IMG/VR virus record: IMGVR_UViG_3300014004_000001
Coordinates: 62,001 to 126,000 of that record
DNA from: an uncultured virus (IMG/VR IMGVR_UViG_3300014004_000001)
Taxonomy: Duplodnaviria; Heunggongvirae; Uroviricota; Caudoviricetes
Strand: one strand, 5' to 3'
Length of the DNA stretch: 64,000 bases
The notes beneath the pieces are model-generated. The model was not told the origin of the DNA. It was given only the letters and a program-made list of their open reading frames with translations, and searched no databases. This document shows positions 21,447-31,273 of this stretch, piece after piece. The translations under genes and the position numbers were made by a program. How positions within the stretch are numbered: the first letter of the stretch is position 1; the number at the start of each line of letters is the position of its first letter.

Positions 21447-21929
21447 TTAGTTCGTTGCCAGATCCTGAACCGCTTGGAACTGGGTCAACAGTTTTCCGAA
21501 ACCTCGTTTGAAAAAAGGGCCATAGTTCACCTCAAGAACTTTTGCTGTCAAGTCGAGGACAAGTTCTGGGTGAGCAAAGAAGAGTTCATCGAAGTTGTCA
21601 GATACGTTATGACCTGCTTCGGTATATACTTCGTCTAAGATCTTACGGAGGAACACGGTAAGGTTCTTCTCTTCAAGACCAGAGAACAATTGAATAAGTG
21701 CCATTGCAATACGAGATTCCAGATCTTCATCAGCCGACATAAGGGCAGTATTGTACATGGTCATAGGTACAGCTAAAACGCTACCGAGTTCTGGAATACG
21801 TTCGAAGACCTTTGAAGGACTCCACTTCAGAATACGGAAGGTTACGAAACGGGTTTCATCTAAGTAGATTTTTACAATTTCTTCTGGACGTGCATATTGT
21901 TTGATAGTATCATCTTGTTGTTCGGACAT
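21447..21929 (-). CDS. Tail assembly chaperone (gpG-like)
   Basis: Between tube and tape measure; ends ...EVNYGPFFKRG. Confidence 0.8.
   Translation of the reverse strand: MSEQQDDTIKQYARPEEIVKIYLDETRFVTFRILKWSPSKVFERIPELGSVLAVPMTMYNTALMSADEDLESRIAMALIQLFSGLEEKNLTVFLRKILDEVYTEAGHNVSDNFDELFFAHPELVLDLTAKVLEVNYGPFFKRGFGKLLTQFQAVQDLATN
21513..21519 (-). promoter_or_regulatory. Programmed -1 frameshift slippery site C CCT TTT
   Basis: X XXY YYZ heptamer in frame; the -1 frame is open for 31 codons into the ATG at 21426. Confidence 0.8.
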
Positions 21930-21953
21930 AGTTTCCTCTCTTTTTAGTTAAAT

Positions 21954-21975
21954 AAAAAGGGCATTTCTGCCCTTT
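21954..21975 (-). terminator. Intrinsic terminator
   Basis: AAAGGGCA-GAAA-TGCCCTTTTT. Confidence 0.8.
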
Positions 21976-21980
21976 CGTTA

Positions 21981-22460
21981 TTATTGAATGGTCAGTGCGG
22001 AGATGGAGTTAAGAACACTCACACCTACACCAACTTCATTACGTAACAGGCTTGCATCTTTCAGACCGATAACCCACTGGTTCTCTGTAATCATTTCGCC
22101 CATAGTGTCTTCAGGTTGAGATTGAATCCAACCAATGGTGCTAATGTAGTAACCACGAGGATCTTCCAAGTAAACGCTGAATGCTACTTGACGAGTAGAA
22201 TACATTGTTTGAGCATAAGTTGCCAAAACTTCGTTTGCCGGAGACGTACGTTGCAGAGAAATAGTCATGGTGCCGAGACGGTTGCGGCTAAGAGCCAGAG
22301 AAACATCGCCATCAGTACCAGCATATGGGTTAATAATATCGTTGGCTTTTGCGATTACAATTTTAGTGTCAGTTGCAAAACCCCACGGCTCCCATCCACC
22401 CAGGGACAGAACGATTTGGGAAGGATCATAGGCCATTACGCCAGTAAGCATTTTATCCAA
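21981..22460 (-). CDS. Tail tube protein
   Basis: YDPSQIV...GTDGDV...GTMTISLQRTSPAN; follows the sheath gene. Confidence 0.85.
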   Translation of the reverse strand: MDKMLTGVMAYDPSQIVLSLGGWEPWGFATDTKIVIAKANDIINPYAGTDGDVSLALSRNRLGTMTISLQRTSPANEVLATYAQTMYSTRQVAFSVYLEDPRGYYISTIGWIQSQPEDTMGEMITENQWVIGLKDASLLRNEVGVGVSVLNSISALTIQ

Positions 22461-22506
22461 TTTGGATCTCCTTTAGGGATAAGGCGAGGTTTCCCCCGCC
22501 AAATTA

Positions 22507-23880
22507 TTAGTTTGCAGTACGGTTGGTCAGGACGTGAACCTGAACCTTAACGTAATGGAAGAATCCTGCGTAAACGTATTCAATCTTCATGCCGTCAACC
22601 AGACGCTGATTAATCTGCGAATCAGTCATGTCAGCACGAGAAGGAAGGTAAACGATAGGCTTCAGGTCAACACGCAGACCAGTCTCTTCTGAAATAACTA
22701 CCTCGTTAGAAATAGAACCGTTCAGAATACCAACTTGGATCGGGTTAGCCAGAACCGCTTGTTTAATCAGAGCCAGACCATTGGAAGTAGCACGGACACC
22801 ACCACCCAACATTGACTGCTGTTTGAACAGAGTGAACAGAGATTCTTCGGTACGAGCTTTGAACCACAGAGCGTGAACTACGTAGTCAGCAAAGAAGCCG
22901 TTAACCATCAGACCATCGCGGTAGAACAGAGTTGCGTGTTCTTTACGGTAGATGTTACCATTCTGTTGAACAATGTTATTTTCCGCAGTCTGACCAAGCT
23001 TCTCGATTTCAACTCCAACCAGAGTTTTACCGTGCAGAGTCGTAGTACCAGGCTGTGCAGAGCAGATAGAACCAACTACGGCAGCTTCTGGGAATACAGA
23101 ATCCGCGTCGCTCATCCACAAAGCGAAACAGGTGTTGACGTAACCGAGATCATTCAAACGTTCAAGAACGTTGTCTTCGGCTTTAGTAGTGATACCAACG
23201 TCTGAACTGGAGAAGAAGTATACTTTATCATTCTCTTCTACCCAAGCAGCTACATCAAGAATATCTTCAACAGCGTGGGAATCAGACAGAACCCAGAACC
23301 AGCTACTATCGATATCGTGCAGAGCGGCGATATCTTCGGTAATGTCGTTAGCGTAGACGGTTTCTTTAGCGAAGCCGCTTGCATCCAGAGAAGCGTATTT
23401 GCCTTCAACTGGAGAAACAGTGATCACAGCACCATCGTTAGCAACAGTAAACAGACCACCAAAAACTACGTCTGCATTGATCATTTCTGTCAGACCAACA
23501 ACGATTTCTTGTGCTGTTGCAGTGTCGTCAGCAATGAATTTGAAATCTTTCTTGTTCTTGCCTTCTTTGATAGTGACAACATATGTTGCACTGTCTTCAA
23601 CTGCTGGGGTCAGGGTAAAGTTTGTTACTTCACGCTTACCAACAATCACTTGACTTGGTGCGAATAATCCGTTAAACAATTTAACTGCCATGATATAGGC
23701 TGGATCATTAACACCGTAACCCGCTTCCAGAAGTGCGTCAGAAGAGGTGTAATATTCAATCGCATTACCAGTGACAGTCTGACCAGTAAGGATCAGGGGA
23801 ATGTCAAACTGGGTTTCACGGATTGATGTAGCTCCGTACAGTAAAGTTACGGTTGCTACCTTTTCACGAAAAGTTGCCAT
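22507..23880 (-). CDS. Tail sheath protein
   Basis: 457 aa; DUF3383-like motifs (PSQVIVG, PGTTTLHGKTLVGV); position in operon. Confidence 0.85.
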   Translation of the reverse strand: MATFREKVATVTLLYGATSIRETQFDIPLILTGQTVTGNAIEYYTSSDALLEAGYGVNDPAYIMAVKLFNGLFAPSQVIVGKREVTNFTLTPAVEDSATYVVTIKEGKNKKDFKFIADDTATAQEIVVGLTEMINADVVFGGLFTVANDGAVITVSPVEGKYASLDASGFAKETVYANDITEDIAALHDIDSSWFWVLSDSHAVEDILDVAAWVEENDKVYFFSSSDVGITTKAEDNVLERLNDLGYVNTCFALWMSDADSVFPEAAVVGSICSAQPGTTTLHGKTLVGVEIEKLGQTAENNIVQQNGNIYRKEHATLFYRDGLMVNGFFADYVVHALWFKARTEESLFTLFKQQSMLGGGVRATSNGLALIKQAVLANPIQVGILNGSISNEVVISEETGLRVDLKPIVYLPSRADMTDSQINQRLVDGMKIEYVYAGFFHYVKVQVHVLTNRTAN

Positions 23881-23913
23881 TTATGCTCCTGTTAGAAACT
23901 TATTCCAATGAAT

Positions 23914-24552
23914 TTATTCGTTGGGGTTGTTAAATAATGATCCATCATCAGTTACTGGTGAGTATTCGCCATTAACCTCATGAACTACGTAAATTCTATC
24001 CAGAGTTAAATCCAGAGGTGTGGGATCATTGTAGCTATCTCTGAATGATCGAATATGCATATTGACAGCCTCGATAGGAGTTGTCATAATATCCTCAATA
24101 CTCATACGAGTGTTGAAGGTCATAATCATACGCGCTCTAACTTCAGTCTTATCTCCATCCAGAATTGTGTTTGCCTGTGTGATATTTGTTGCTGACAGGA
24201 AACCCATTCCTTTGGAATAGAGATGCTTGTATTTTAATTCCTCTGCACCACGTAGAGCAGCCAGAACATAGCTCAACAGAGTAGTTGGTCTTCCACGGAA
24301 AGCCATGAGTTCAATCTCATAAGTATTGTCCATCTCGTAGGAAAACATGTCTTGCTCTATTTTGCCTCGGTAAGACCACCCGCCAGAATCACTGGAGGTG
24401 ATAATACGTAGTGCCAGGTATGGATTGGTAGGTTGGACGAACGGTTTGTCCATCACGTAAATTGGCAATCCAGTTAATTCTTGAAGGAAACTACCTATGT
24501 TAAGATAGATAGCGTTCTCATACGCTTCGATTTGTTCGTAGATATTAGCCAA
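23914..24552 (-). CDS. Tail terminator/neck protein
   Basis: Position; QPTNPYLAL motif; start reassigned to the TTG at 24552 (GGAGG RBS). Confidence 0.6.
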   Translation of the reverse strand: MANIYEQIEAYENAIYLNIGSFLQELTGLPIYVMDKPFVQPTNPYLALRIITSSDSGGWSYRGKIEQDMFSYEMDNTYEIELMAFRGRPTTLLSYVLAALRGAEELKYKHLYSKGMGFLSATNITQANTILDGDKTEVRARMIMTFNTRMSIEDIMTTPIEAVNMHIRSFRDSYNDPTPLDLTLDRIYVVHEVNGEYSPVTDDGSLFNNPNE

Positions 24553-24961
24553 AATTTCCTCCCTCTTGATCGTAATCCCATGTATTGTTTTGATCGTCCA
24601 ATATGGCGACACAATGATGATGGGTTAGGAAAGTAGTTCGAGTCCAATCTTTAAGGGAGTACACAGAATACCACTGACCATCAATCAAGATTTGGTCGGA
24701 TAGTTGAGAGGTTCCTTGTTGGATTCCTCGCATTTCTGTTTTAGTCCAGAAACTATATTGCGCCTTTGATCTGTACCCTTCAGGCAGTGCTTTTAGAGTT
24801 TTTCCAGAGATTGGTTGCAGACTTGCAGCGGCTATCTCAAACTCTTCATATTCTACGGTACTACCCATATTGGCGATAACAGAACCTACAGCTTCTTTGT
24901 AGACACGTCTACGCCCTTGATATGAGGTAAGATCAAGGAGAGTGAATTGATCAAGTAACAC
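24545..24961 (-). CDS. Head closure/head-tail joining protein
   Basis: ASLQP...LPEGYR...DQILIDG; start reassigned to the GTG at 24961 (AGGAG RBS). Confidence 0.65.
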   Translation of the reverse strand: MLLDQFTLLDLTSYQGRRRVYKEAVGSVIANMGSTVEYEEFEIAAASLQPISGKTLKALPEGYRSKAQYSFWTKTEMRGIQQGTSQLSDQILIDGQWYSVYSLKDWTRTTFLTHHHCVAILDDQNNTWDYDQEGGNFG

Positions 24962-25006
24962 CTGTATCTCCTTTTTAGTATACATCAAAAACAAAATTTA
25001 TGCAAG

Positions 25007-25495
25007 TTATTTTTTAGACTTGCCTTTTGTGATCTTCGAGTCTATCTCGTTAATCATGTGTCCTGTGTCAATCAACGTGTGCGTAGAATAATTCCCTCTA
25101 TCACGACGAATCTTAATTGTCACCGGAGAAAGTGCTCTATATCGTTGGGAAGCTATTGCTCTTGCTATTCCTTCACGAGAAGCTTTCGCTATCGGCTCAA
25201 AAACTCCGAGTCCTTTATTTCGCATCAGGTATTGAACAAAAACATTCGGTAACAGCTTGGCTATCTCTTTGCTGGAAATCACAGCACCGTCAGTCATAAA
25301 CGGACGGGCTGGAATATTATTTGTTTCGTTACCGTATTGCTGGATAGCAGCTATCGCTGGAATAGTGAGATCTGATTCAGGGTGTCTCTTGTTTTCAAGG
25401 AAACCAGCTTCAATTTCCACATTCTCTAATACCATCATCTTTTTAATGATTGTATCCCAGTCTGTGTCTGTGCCTGGTAAGATCTCACTTTTCAT
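25007..25495 (-). CDS. Neck/tail completion protein
   Basis: IAAIQQYG...IPARPFM...LIDTGHM. Confidence 0.75.
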   Translation of the reverse strand: MKSEILPGTDTDWDTIIKKMMVLENVEIEAGFLENKRHPESDLTIPAIAAIQQYGNETNNIPARPFMTDGAVISSKEIAKLLPNVFVQYLMRNKGLGVFEPIAKASREGIARAIASQRYRALSPVTIKIRRDRGNYSTHTLIDTGHMINEIDSKITKGKSKK

Positions 25496-26043
25496 TATTT
25501 GTCCCTACGATAATATGATACAGGTCCGTAGTTTCGCAGATAGTTTACGTTACGTGTTTTACGATCTACACTGGCAACATTACCTAAACCATTCACAGAG
25601 TTAGGATCACTGTTGACACGATCGATTTCACGAGCATCTACACCACCAATCAGAACACGACTTGTTGCACCACGTCCAGCGGTACATCCTGGAATAACCA
25701 TTAAGCCGTTCAGGTAGTTGTTGTAGATATCTTCCCAAGGAGATTTGTATTCTACTTGACCGTTACTAAATTTAACTTCTACTTCCACTTCGCCCATCTT
25801 TTCACGGCGGGACATTGCACCACCACTTTGACTGTTGTTATTTAAAACATCAGTGTTCCACAGGTATTCAAGAACAGAAATTAAACTGTTCCACAGAACA
25901 GCACACTTATTAGAGTCGGCGTTACCAATAATATCGATCCACGTCTGGATAATCTGAATCAGAACTTCATCTGGCAAAGTTTCTTGAGATGGATTATAAA
26001 CAAGGATTCGAACCATTGGTGCCAATTCAGTAGCAATCAGCAT
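25495..26043 (-). CDS. Head-tail adaptor
   Basis: REKMGEVEVEV motif; position in operon. Confidence 0.6.
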   Translation of the reverse strand: MLIATELAPMVRILVYNPSQETLPDEVLIQIIQTWIDIIGNADSNKCAVLWNSLISVLEYLWNTDVLNNNSQSGGAMSRREKMGEVEVEVKFSNGQVEYKSPWEDIYNNYLNGLMVIPGCTAGRGATSRVLIGGVDAREIDRVNSDPNSVNGLGNVASVDRKTRNVNYLRNYGPVSYYRRDK

Positions 26044-26052
26044 AACTTCTCC

Positions 26053-26397
26053 TTACTTTTTACGGAGTGATCGTTTCTTGGCTGGTGAATCTACTGCTTC
26101 AACTTTCAGAACTTCTTGTTCGACTTCGATCTCTTTGTAATCTTCGAAGCTAACAAGGAAATAGCCCATATGCTCTTCGCTACTAAACGGATGAACCAAC
26201 AGACCAGTCTCTTCACGCAGACGTTGTAAGAAATGAATAAAATTACCACCTAAAGCAACACGACCATCTTTCAGATAGAAAGACATTGGAGGTGCTTTGG
26301 TGAGAGTCTTCTCTGCATCCAGATTGCTCACGAGCTTAGAGAAGTCCTGAATCATTTCGTGGTAGCTGAAGTAACGTTTTAATTGTGGGTTTGACAT
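26053..26397 (-). CDS. Hypothetical protein
   Basis: GAGGAG RBS; follows the capsid terminator. Confidence 0.6.
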   Translation of the reverse strand: MSNPQLKRYFSYHEMIQDFSKLVSNLDAEKTLTKAPPMSFYLKDGRVALGGNFIHFLQRLREETGLLVHPFSSEEHMGYFLVSFEDYKEIEVEQEVLKVEAVDSPAKKRSLRKK

Positions 26398-26430
26398 AAT
26401 AATCTCCTCGGTGTATAGTGTTCATATAAC

Positions 26431-26461
26431 AAAAAAGGCTCGCCCATCACGGACGAGCCTC
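26431..26461 (-). terminator. Intrinsic terminator after the major capsid gene
   Basis: AGGCTCGTCC-GTGAT-GGGCGAGCCT + TTTTT. Confidence 0.85.
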
Positions 26462-26479
26462 TTTTAGAACAGAGTTCTA

Positions 26480-27478
26480 TTAAGCAGTGGTCAGGCGAAC
26501 AATCAGTTCTGGGCGAACGTTAACTGCCAGAAGAGAGAATTCAGACTGAAGACTTACAGTACGGTGCTCACTGATCATGAACGTATACAGTTCACGAGCA
26601 ACGGTGTTAGCCAGTTCTGGAGTATCCGCAGGAGCGTAGTGCGCCTGGAACATATCCGCGATACCCATAGGCAGAACATATGCTTCACCAGCAGGGATGT
26701 TACCGTGAATATCTTCGATGTAGGTTACGCCGTTCCATTCGAACACCTGAACGTCCATGTTACCGTTCAGACGGTCACGCAGGAGGTTAGGAGTGCCCTG
26801 GAAGTACTGGTAAGCCTGGCGAACAAACGGAGAGTTAACCAGAGAAGCGAAGAACTCACGAGAGCACAGAGCAACGATACGAGTAGCGGTAGAACCGTCT
26901 TGTTTTTCGTCGATGATGTATGCACGAGCTTCTTGCTCAACGGTAGCCGCTGGAGAAACAGTGGTAGAAGCGAAATCTACAGGAACTGATTTCTGGGTAA
27001 CGCCCCACTCGGTGTACCAGTTGTATGCAGAGTTAGCAGCGCCGCCGCCAGTGTATGCACGACCCATTACTGCTTCAGCAAAGATCTTCTCTTTGGTTTT
27101 TGCAGCATCACGCAGAATCTGCGTCATATAACGGTTAACTACTTCTGCTTCAGTACGCAGAGAGTCGTTGATACCAGCCATAGCGAAGCTACGGAAAGAC
27201 TGGATATCTTGAGCTTTGATGTTCTTATCCAGTGGGAAGAATGGGATACGGAACACTTTGACTTCTGGGGTATCCATAGTCAGGAAGTTACGCTCACCAC
27301 CACGTTCACGGGCAGGGATCAGACCATCTTGAGTTTTTTGTTTGCCGATTTCAACAACGGTAGTTGCATGGTACTGTACATCAAACAGACCCAGGCTGGC
27401 GATCAGTGTATCAGGGGTATCCTGAAGTTCGATCATTGGGCTGAAATCAACAACCTGATCTAAAATTACTGCTGGCAT
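26480..27478 (-). CDS. Major capsid protein (lambda gpE-like)
   Basis: LIPARERGG, IPFFP...IKAQDIQSFR, YAPADT, VRPELIVRLT. Confidence 0.9.
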   Translation of the reverse strand: MPAVILDQVVDFSPMIELQDTPDTLIASLGLFDVQYHATTVVEIGKQKTQDGLIPARERGGERNFLTMDTPEVKVFRIPFFPLDKNIKAQDIQSFRSFAMAGINDSLRTEAEVVNRYMTQILRDAAKTKEKIFAEAVMGRAYTGGGAANSAYNWYTEWGVTQKSVPVDFASTTVSPAATVEQEARAYIIDEKQDGSTATRIVALCSREFFASLVNSPFVRQAYQYFQGTPNLLRDRLNGNMDVQVFEWNGVTYIEDIHGNIPAGEAYVLPMGIADMFQAHYAPADTPELANTVARELYTFMISEHRTVSLQSEFSLLAVNVRPELIVRLTTA

Positions 27479-27500
27479 TATATTAATCTCCTATCAAAAA

Positions 27501-27893
27501 TTAAGAAGTGAAAACGACTTTTTCAGTCAGTTTCAGATCACGAGTTTCCAGTGCTGCTACGCCAGCGTCGTCAATCAGATTACCGTTGCTATAGAATACA
27601 GCAAAGCGGTTCAGAGTCAGGTCGCGTACACCAACAACGGCGGTGAAAGTGTCACCAACTGCAACATCATCGATACCGAACAGAGCATCAGTCCACAGCA
27701 GAACTTTAGCAGCGTCAGCAGCAGCAGCAGCTTCAGTGTTGTCAGCTTTCAGTACGGAACCAATTTTCATGGTTGCGGTTTTAACCAGGTTTACTTCGCG
27801 TACACAGTGTCCGAGGTCAGAGCTAAAAACTCCACCCAGAACCAGGTGTCCGAATTCCTGGCGAGAGTTAGATAAAGTAATTCCTTTAGCCAT
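27501..27893 (-). CDS. Head decoration protein
   Basis: Size and position upstream of the capsid gene. Confidence 0.7.
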   Translation of the reverse strand: MAKGITLSNSRQEFGHLVLGGVFSSDLGHCVREVNLVKTATMKIGSVLKADNTEAAAAADAAKVLLWTDALFGIDDVAVGDTFTAVVGVRDLTLNRFAVFYSNGNLIDDAGVAALETRDLKLTEKVVFTS

Positions 27894-27912
27894 TTAATTT
27901 AATCTCCTAAGA

Positions 27913-29031
27913 TTATTGTTTCTGGGCTTTTTTGAGTTCGGCAGCTTTCTGACGAATCAGTTCAGATGCAGATTTGGCAACAACTTCCACATTGGCAACA
28001 TCAGCGCCTTGTTCTTTACCAAACTCTTTCTTAACTGCTTCAACTTCTGCACGGGCTTTTTCGAATGCGTTAACAACAGTTTCAGCGATCTCTTTATTAT
28101 CGATCAGGTATTTAACCAGTGCTTCAACTTTTTCTTCTTCTACGAAAGCGTAGGACTTAACAACAGTGGTGTACTCTTCTTCGATACGAGCCAGTTCAGC
28201 TTTACGAAGTTCTTCTGCTGCGAGTTCTGCTTTAGCGATCTTTTCCTGTGCTGCCAGTTCTGCTTGTTCACGGGCTTCTGTCGCTGCTTTTTCTACAGCT
28301 TCAGCAATCTGTGCTTTCATCAGGTCTTGGAATTCGGCAGATTTCAGGAATTCTTCTTTGTTAATATTTTCCAAAGGTAATTCTCCTTTATTGATTCCAG
28401 TTGTGTTTGCAGATTTGTCACCTGCGGGGTTAGCCTCTGCATCCACAGAGTTCTTATTGGTTTGAGCGTTGTGTGCTTTCACCAGATAATCTTTAACTTG
28501 ATCGTGTTTCAGAGCACCTTTAATAAGATCGCCAAGAGCATCTTCGATCAGGTCTTCAAAGAAATCGACGGAAACCATAACGTCACCATCAACAACTTGA
28601 TAATCGGTAGTACGTACAACAGGTTTAGCAACTTCTTCGAGTTCAACAACTAAACCGTTCAAAGTAAAGTTTACGGCAAACATACCGTGATCAGAACAGA
28701 AGATTGCAACGTTAGCATCAAAGTCTACATCTGCCAGCCAAACCCAGTCCCAACATGTGGAGAACTTTTCGTTTACAGCGTTGGCGATGCGGTCCATTAC
28801 TTGCTGGATGTAACCTTTACGTAATTCAGTAACGTCTTCACCCATTTTAGCCAGAGCTTCGATTTTCTCGAAGGTCACTTCAGGAGAGCCGTCAGATTTA
28901 AAAAGCAGTGGGGTATTGTAACCAGACGCTGCACCACCTTGAAAATCGAAAGTGTATGCGATATGTGCGCCCAGAGTTTCTTCCGTAGCTTTACCCGAAA
29001 AGTCTACGTTAGTAAGATATGTATTTGCCAC
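27913..29031 (-). CDS. Scaffolding/prohead assembly protein
   Basis: C-terminal Glu/Ala/Lys-rich coiled coil; position; GTG start. Confidence 0.65.
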   Translation of the reverse strand: MANTYLTNVDFSGKATEETLGAHIAYTFDFQGGAASGYNTPLLFKSDGSPEVTFEKIEALAKMGEDVTELRKGYIQQVMDRIANAVNEKFSTCWDWVWLADVDFDANVAIFCSDHGMFAVNFTLNGLVVELEEVAKPVVRTTDYQVVDGDVMVSVDFFEDLIEDALGDLIKGALKHDQVKDYLVKAHNAQTNKNSVDAEANPAGDKSANTTGINKGELPLENINKEEFLKSAEFQDLMKAQIAEAVEKAATEAREQAELAAQEKIAKAELAAEELRKAELARIEEEYTTVVKSYAFVEEEKVEALVKYLIDNKEIAETVVNAFEKARAEVEAVKKEFGKEQGADVANVEVVAKSASELIRQKAAELKKAQKQ

Positions 29032-29033
29032 AA

Positions 29034-29513
29034 TTAGTCCTTCTTGACTTTCACGCCCATCGCACCTATACTCAAACCTTTAAGAACGCCGTCCTTACGA
29101 GCTTGATACAGTTCAGGGTCGTTGAATTGGATTTTAACGAGGGGAGTTCCTTCCACAACGAGTTCGTCACCAATGTAACAATCAACTTCGTTCACCCAAG
29201 CTTTAACTGGGGCAAATTTGTCTGTGTTCTTCATGTGACCAAGATTACCACTTACGTTAGTAATATTCTCATTGAAGTTGTCTACCATCTTCCTGATTTC
29301 CATATCAGACATACGCTCACCGTGGAGGTCGTCTTTTTCAGGTGGACAATACAATACCTCAATAACCTGCATTTGCTCTTCGTCAAACTTATTATGTTTG
29401 ATTACTGTTTGAGGTTGTTGAGGGGGTGTAGAATCTTGTTGGGATGGGGTTGATTCTTTCATACCGCTGAACGATTTGAAGAGTTCCCAGAGTGTATCTT
29501 TATTAAGTTCCAT
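29034..29513 (-). CDS. Prohead protease (XkdF-like)
   Basis: DLHGE...NLGH...KDGVLKGLSIGA. Confidence 0.8.
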   Translation of the reverse strand: MELNKDTLWELFKSFSGMKESTPSQQDSTPPQQPQTVIKHNKFDEEQMQVIEVLYCPPEKDDLHGERMSDMEIRKMVDNFNENITNVSGNLGHMKNTDKFAPVKAWVNEVDCYIGDELVVEGTPLVKIQFNDPELYQARKDGVLKGLSIGAMGVKVKKD

Positions 29514-29548
29514 ATGAACCTCTTAAAAACAAATATCCCATAAATCTT

Positions 29549-29577
29549 AGTCTACAGGATATTCGTCATTTTGTCAA
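29549..29577 (-). promoter_or_regulatory. Sigma70-like promoter for the head operon
   Basis: TTGACA-17-TAGACT. Confidence 0.75.
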
Positions 29578-29604
29578 TACCTAAAATCAAAAAAGTTTAA
29601 TTTT

Positions 29605-31170
29605 TTAATTCGATAAGTTTGCTGCTGATGGATCAAGAGCCGAAACGCTGGTGGATGTACCTGTACCTGCGGTCGCCATACCGTCTCCAGAACGTGAAGT
29701 TTTATCTGGCATGAATGTCTCCATATATTCTACGAATTTATCCTTGTCAGAAACAATGTCGTCTGGTATACGATAATCAAAGCCTAACTTCTCTAAGAAC
29801 TCGTTGATAATTTCCGCTGTAAGTGGAATAGCTCCTGCTGCAACAATCTGTTGGATCGCTTTAGCGTTTACTTCAATATCAGGATCGCCCATTTCACCAC
29901 TAACAAACTTCGGCATATCTTCATCAGAAAGGAAGATATTGTTTAAGCGAAGTGCTTGTGGAATGAGTTGAGAGTTAATAGCTTCAACAACAATATCTAC
30001 ATCGCGTTCAATGAAGTGTGAGAGCAGGGTCTGTTTATTATCGGACAATGCAAAACTGCCAGCGTCCCCGTCACCCATTATCAATACACCCGCACCAAAA
30101 CGGTTGTAAATATCCAGTTTACGTTGTTTGATCAGTTCTTGCGTATCAAACTGTTTACCAGCACCTTCTACGCCCTGGAACACCAGATCGTACTGACGCA
30201 TAACAGTTCCTTCATAAACGTCTGAAGGTAATACCATGTATGCTTGCTCACCAGAGTGCAGGTTGGCAATGTTTGCCTGTAGAACTCGTAAGGACTGTGC
30301 TTCATCTCCGGCAGGATCAAGAGATGCGCGGTTAAGAATATCGCTCGGTACTTTCAGAACAGGCATACCGCCCAAATCTTTAGAAACCCCGATAACTTCG
30401 AATTCTTGAATTAAAGATTTTTCACGCCAGCTACGATAGACAGCCAACAGAGGTGACACACCCAAAGGATTGTTTTCTGTGATATTGCTACCCACAAAAA
30501 TAACCTTGTTCATAGGTATTTGACGTACACCCAGTTGCAACTTACTGTTACCTGGAGCTAACATGGTATTAGTGATGTTCTGGTTTACCGAAATAACGGT
30601 GCGACCATCATCAGAATAGGTGAAAGGGTTTGCCATATCCAAAGTATCTTGCGGTCGGAAAGCAAGTTTAGTGAGGCGGTAATAGCCATAGTATGGACTC
30701 TTCGGATCTTCGTCAAGTTCAAACACCTTTTCAGCAAATGCAAAACCGAACTGTTTGTAAGTAAGAAGAGATCTCACATACTGACGTAATGGTGCTTGCA
30801 TGTTGCGTAACATATATTCAATAAACTTTGCAGCTTTTCTTGACTTGGCAGAGTTTACGTTGTATTTTATTTTAAAGTCGAAAAATGCTCTGTCTACGAA
30901 AATGTATGTTGCGTCAAGAGCGGTAGCAACATCTGGGTCTTCACCCATTTCCTTATAAGTACGGATGTTTTCAGGAAAGCGTGTTTCATACGGTTGCATG
31001 AAGTTAGTGAATGCTTTGATTGAGTTCAACCCAATCGTCCCGATTTCAGGAGAGAGAAGTAAACTCTTTTCTTTCTCTGCCTGTTTTGACGGAGAGAGAG
31101 CAGCTTTGTTCACTGCACTTTGTTTCCAGTAATCCGACTTCTTAGTGTACTGTCTTTTTTCTGTTGACAC
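29605..31170 (-). CDS. Portal protein (DUF935-like)
   Basis: YKEMGEDPDV, FGFAFAEKV, NPLGVSPL, GSFALS; follows terL. Confidence 0.9.
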   Translation of the reverse strand: MSTEKRQYTKKSDYWKQSAVNKAALSPSKQAEKEKSLLLSPEIGTIGLNSIKAFTNFMQPYETRFPENIRTYKEMGEDPDVATALDATYIFVDRAFFDFKIKYNVNSAKSRKAAKFIEYMLRNMQAPLRQYVRSLLTYKQFGFAFAEKVFELDEDPKSPYYGYYRLTKLAFRPQDTLDMANPFTYSDDGRTVISVNQNITNTMLAPGNSKLQLGVRQIPMNKVIFVGSNITENNPLGVSPLLAVYRSWREKSLIQEFEVIGVSKDLGGMPVLKVPSDILNRASLDPAGDEAQSLRVLQANIANLHSGEQAYMVLPSDVYEGTVMRQYDLVFQGVEGAGKQFDTQELIKQRKLDIYNRFGAGVLIMGDGDAGSFALSDNKQTLLSHFIERDVDIVVEAINSQLIPQALRLNNIFLSDEDMPKFVSGEMGDPDIEVNAKAIQQIVAAGAIPLTAEIINEFLEKLGFDYRIPDDIVSDKDKFVEYMETFMPDKTSRSGDGMATAGTGTSTSVSALDPSAANLSN

Positions 31171-31241
31171 TTTCTTCCTCCGGCACTGTGCTTAAAGATC
31201 AATAGGGCAAGGGTTAAATAAATTAACCCGCCCATAAAGTC

Positions 31242-31270
31242 ATTGTACACTTTAAAGTAACTTTTGTCAA
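31242..31270 (-). promoter_or_regulatory. Sigma70-like promoter for the portal gene
   Basis: TTGACA-17-TACAAT. Confidence 0.8.
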
Positions 31271-31273
31271 CAA

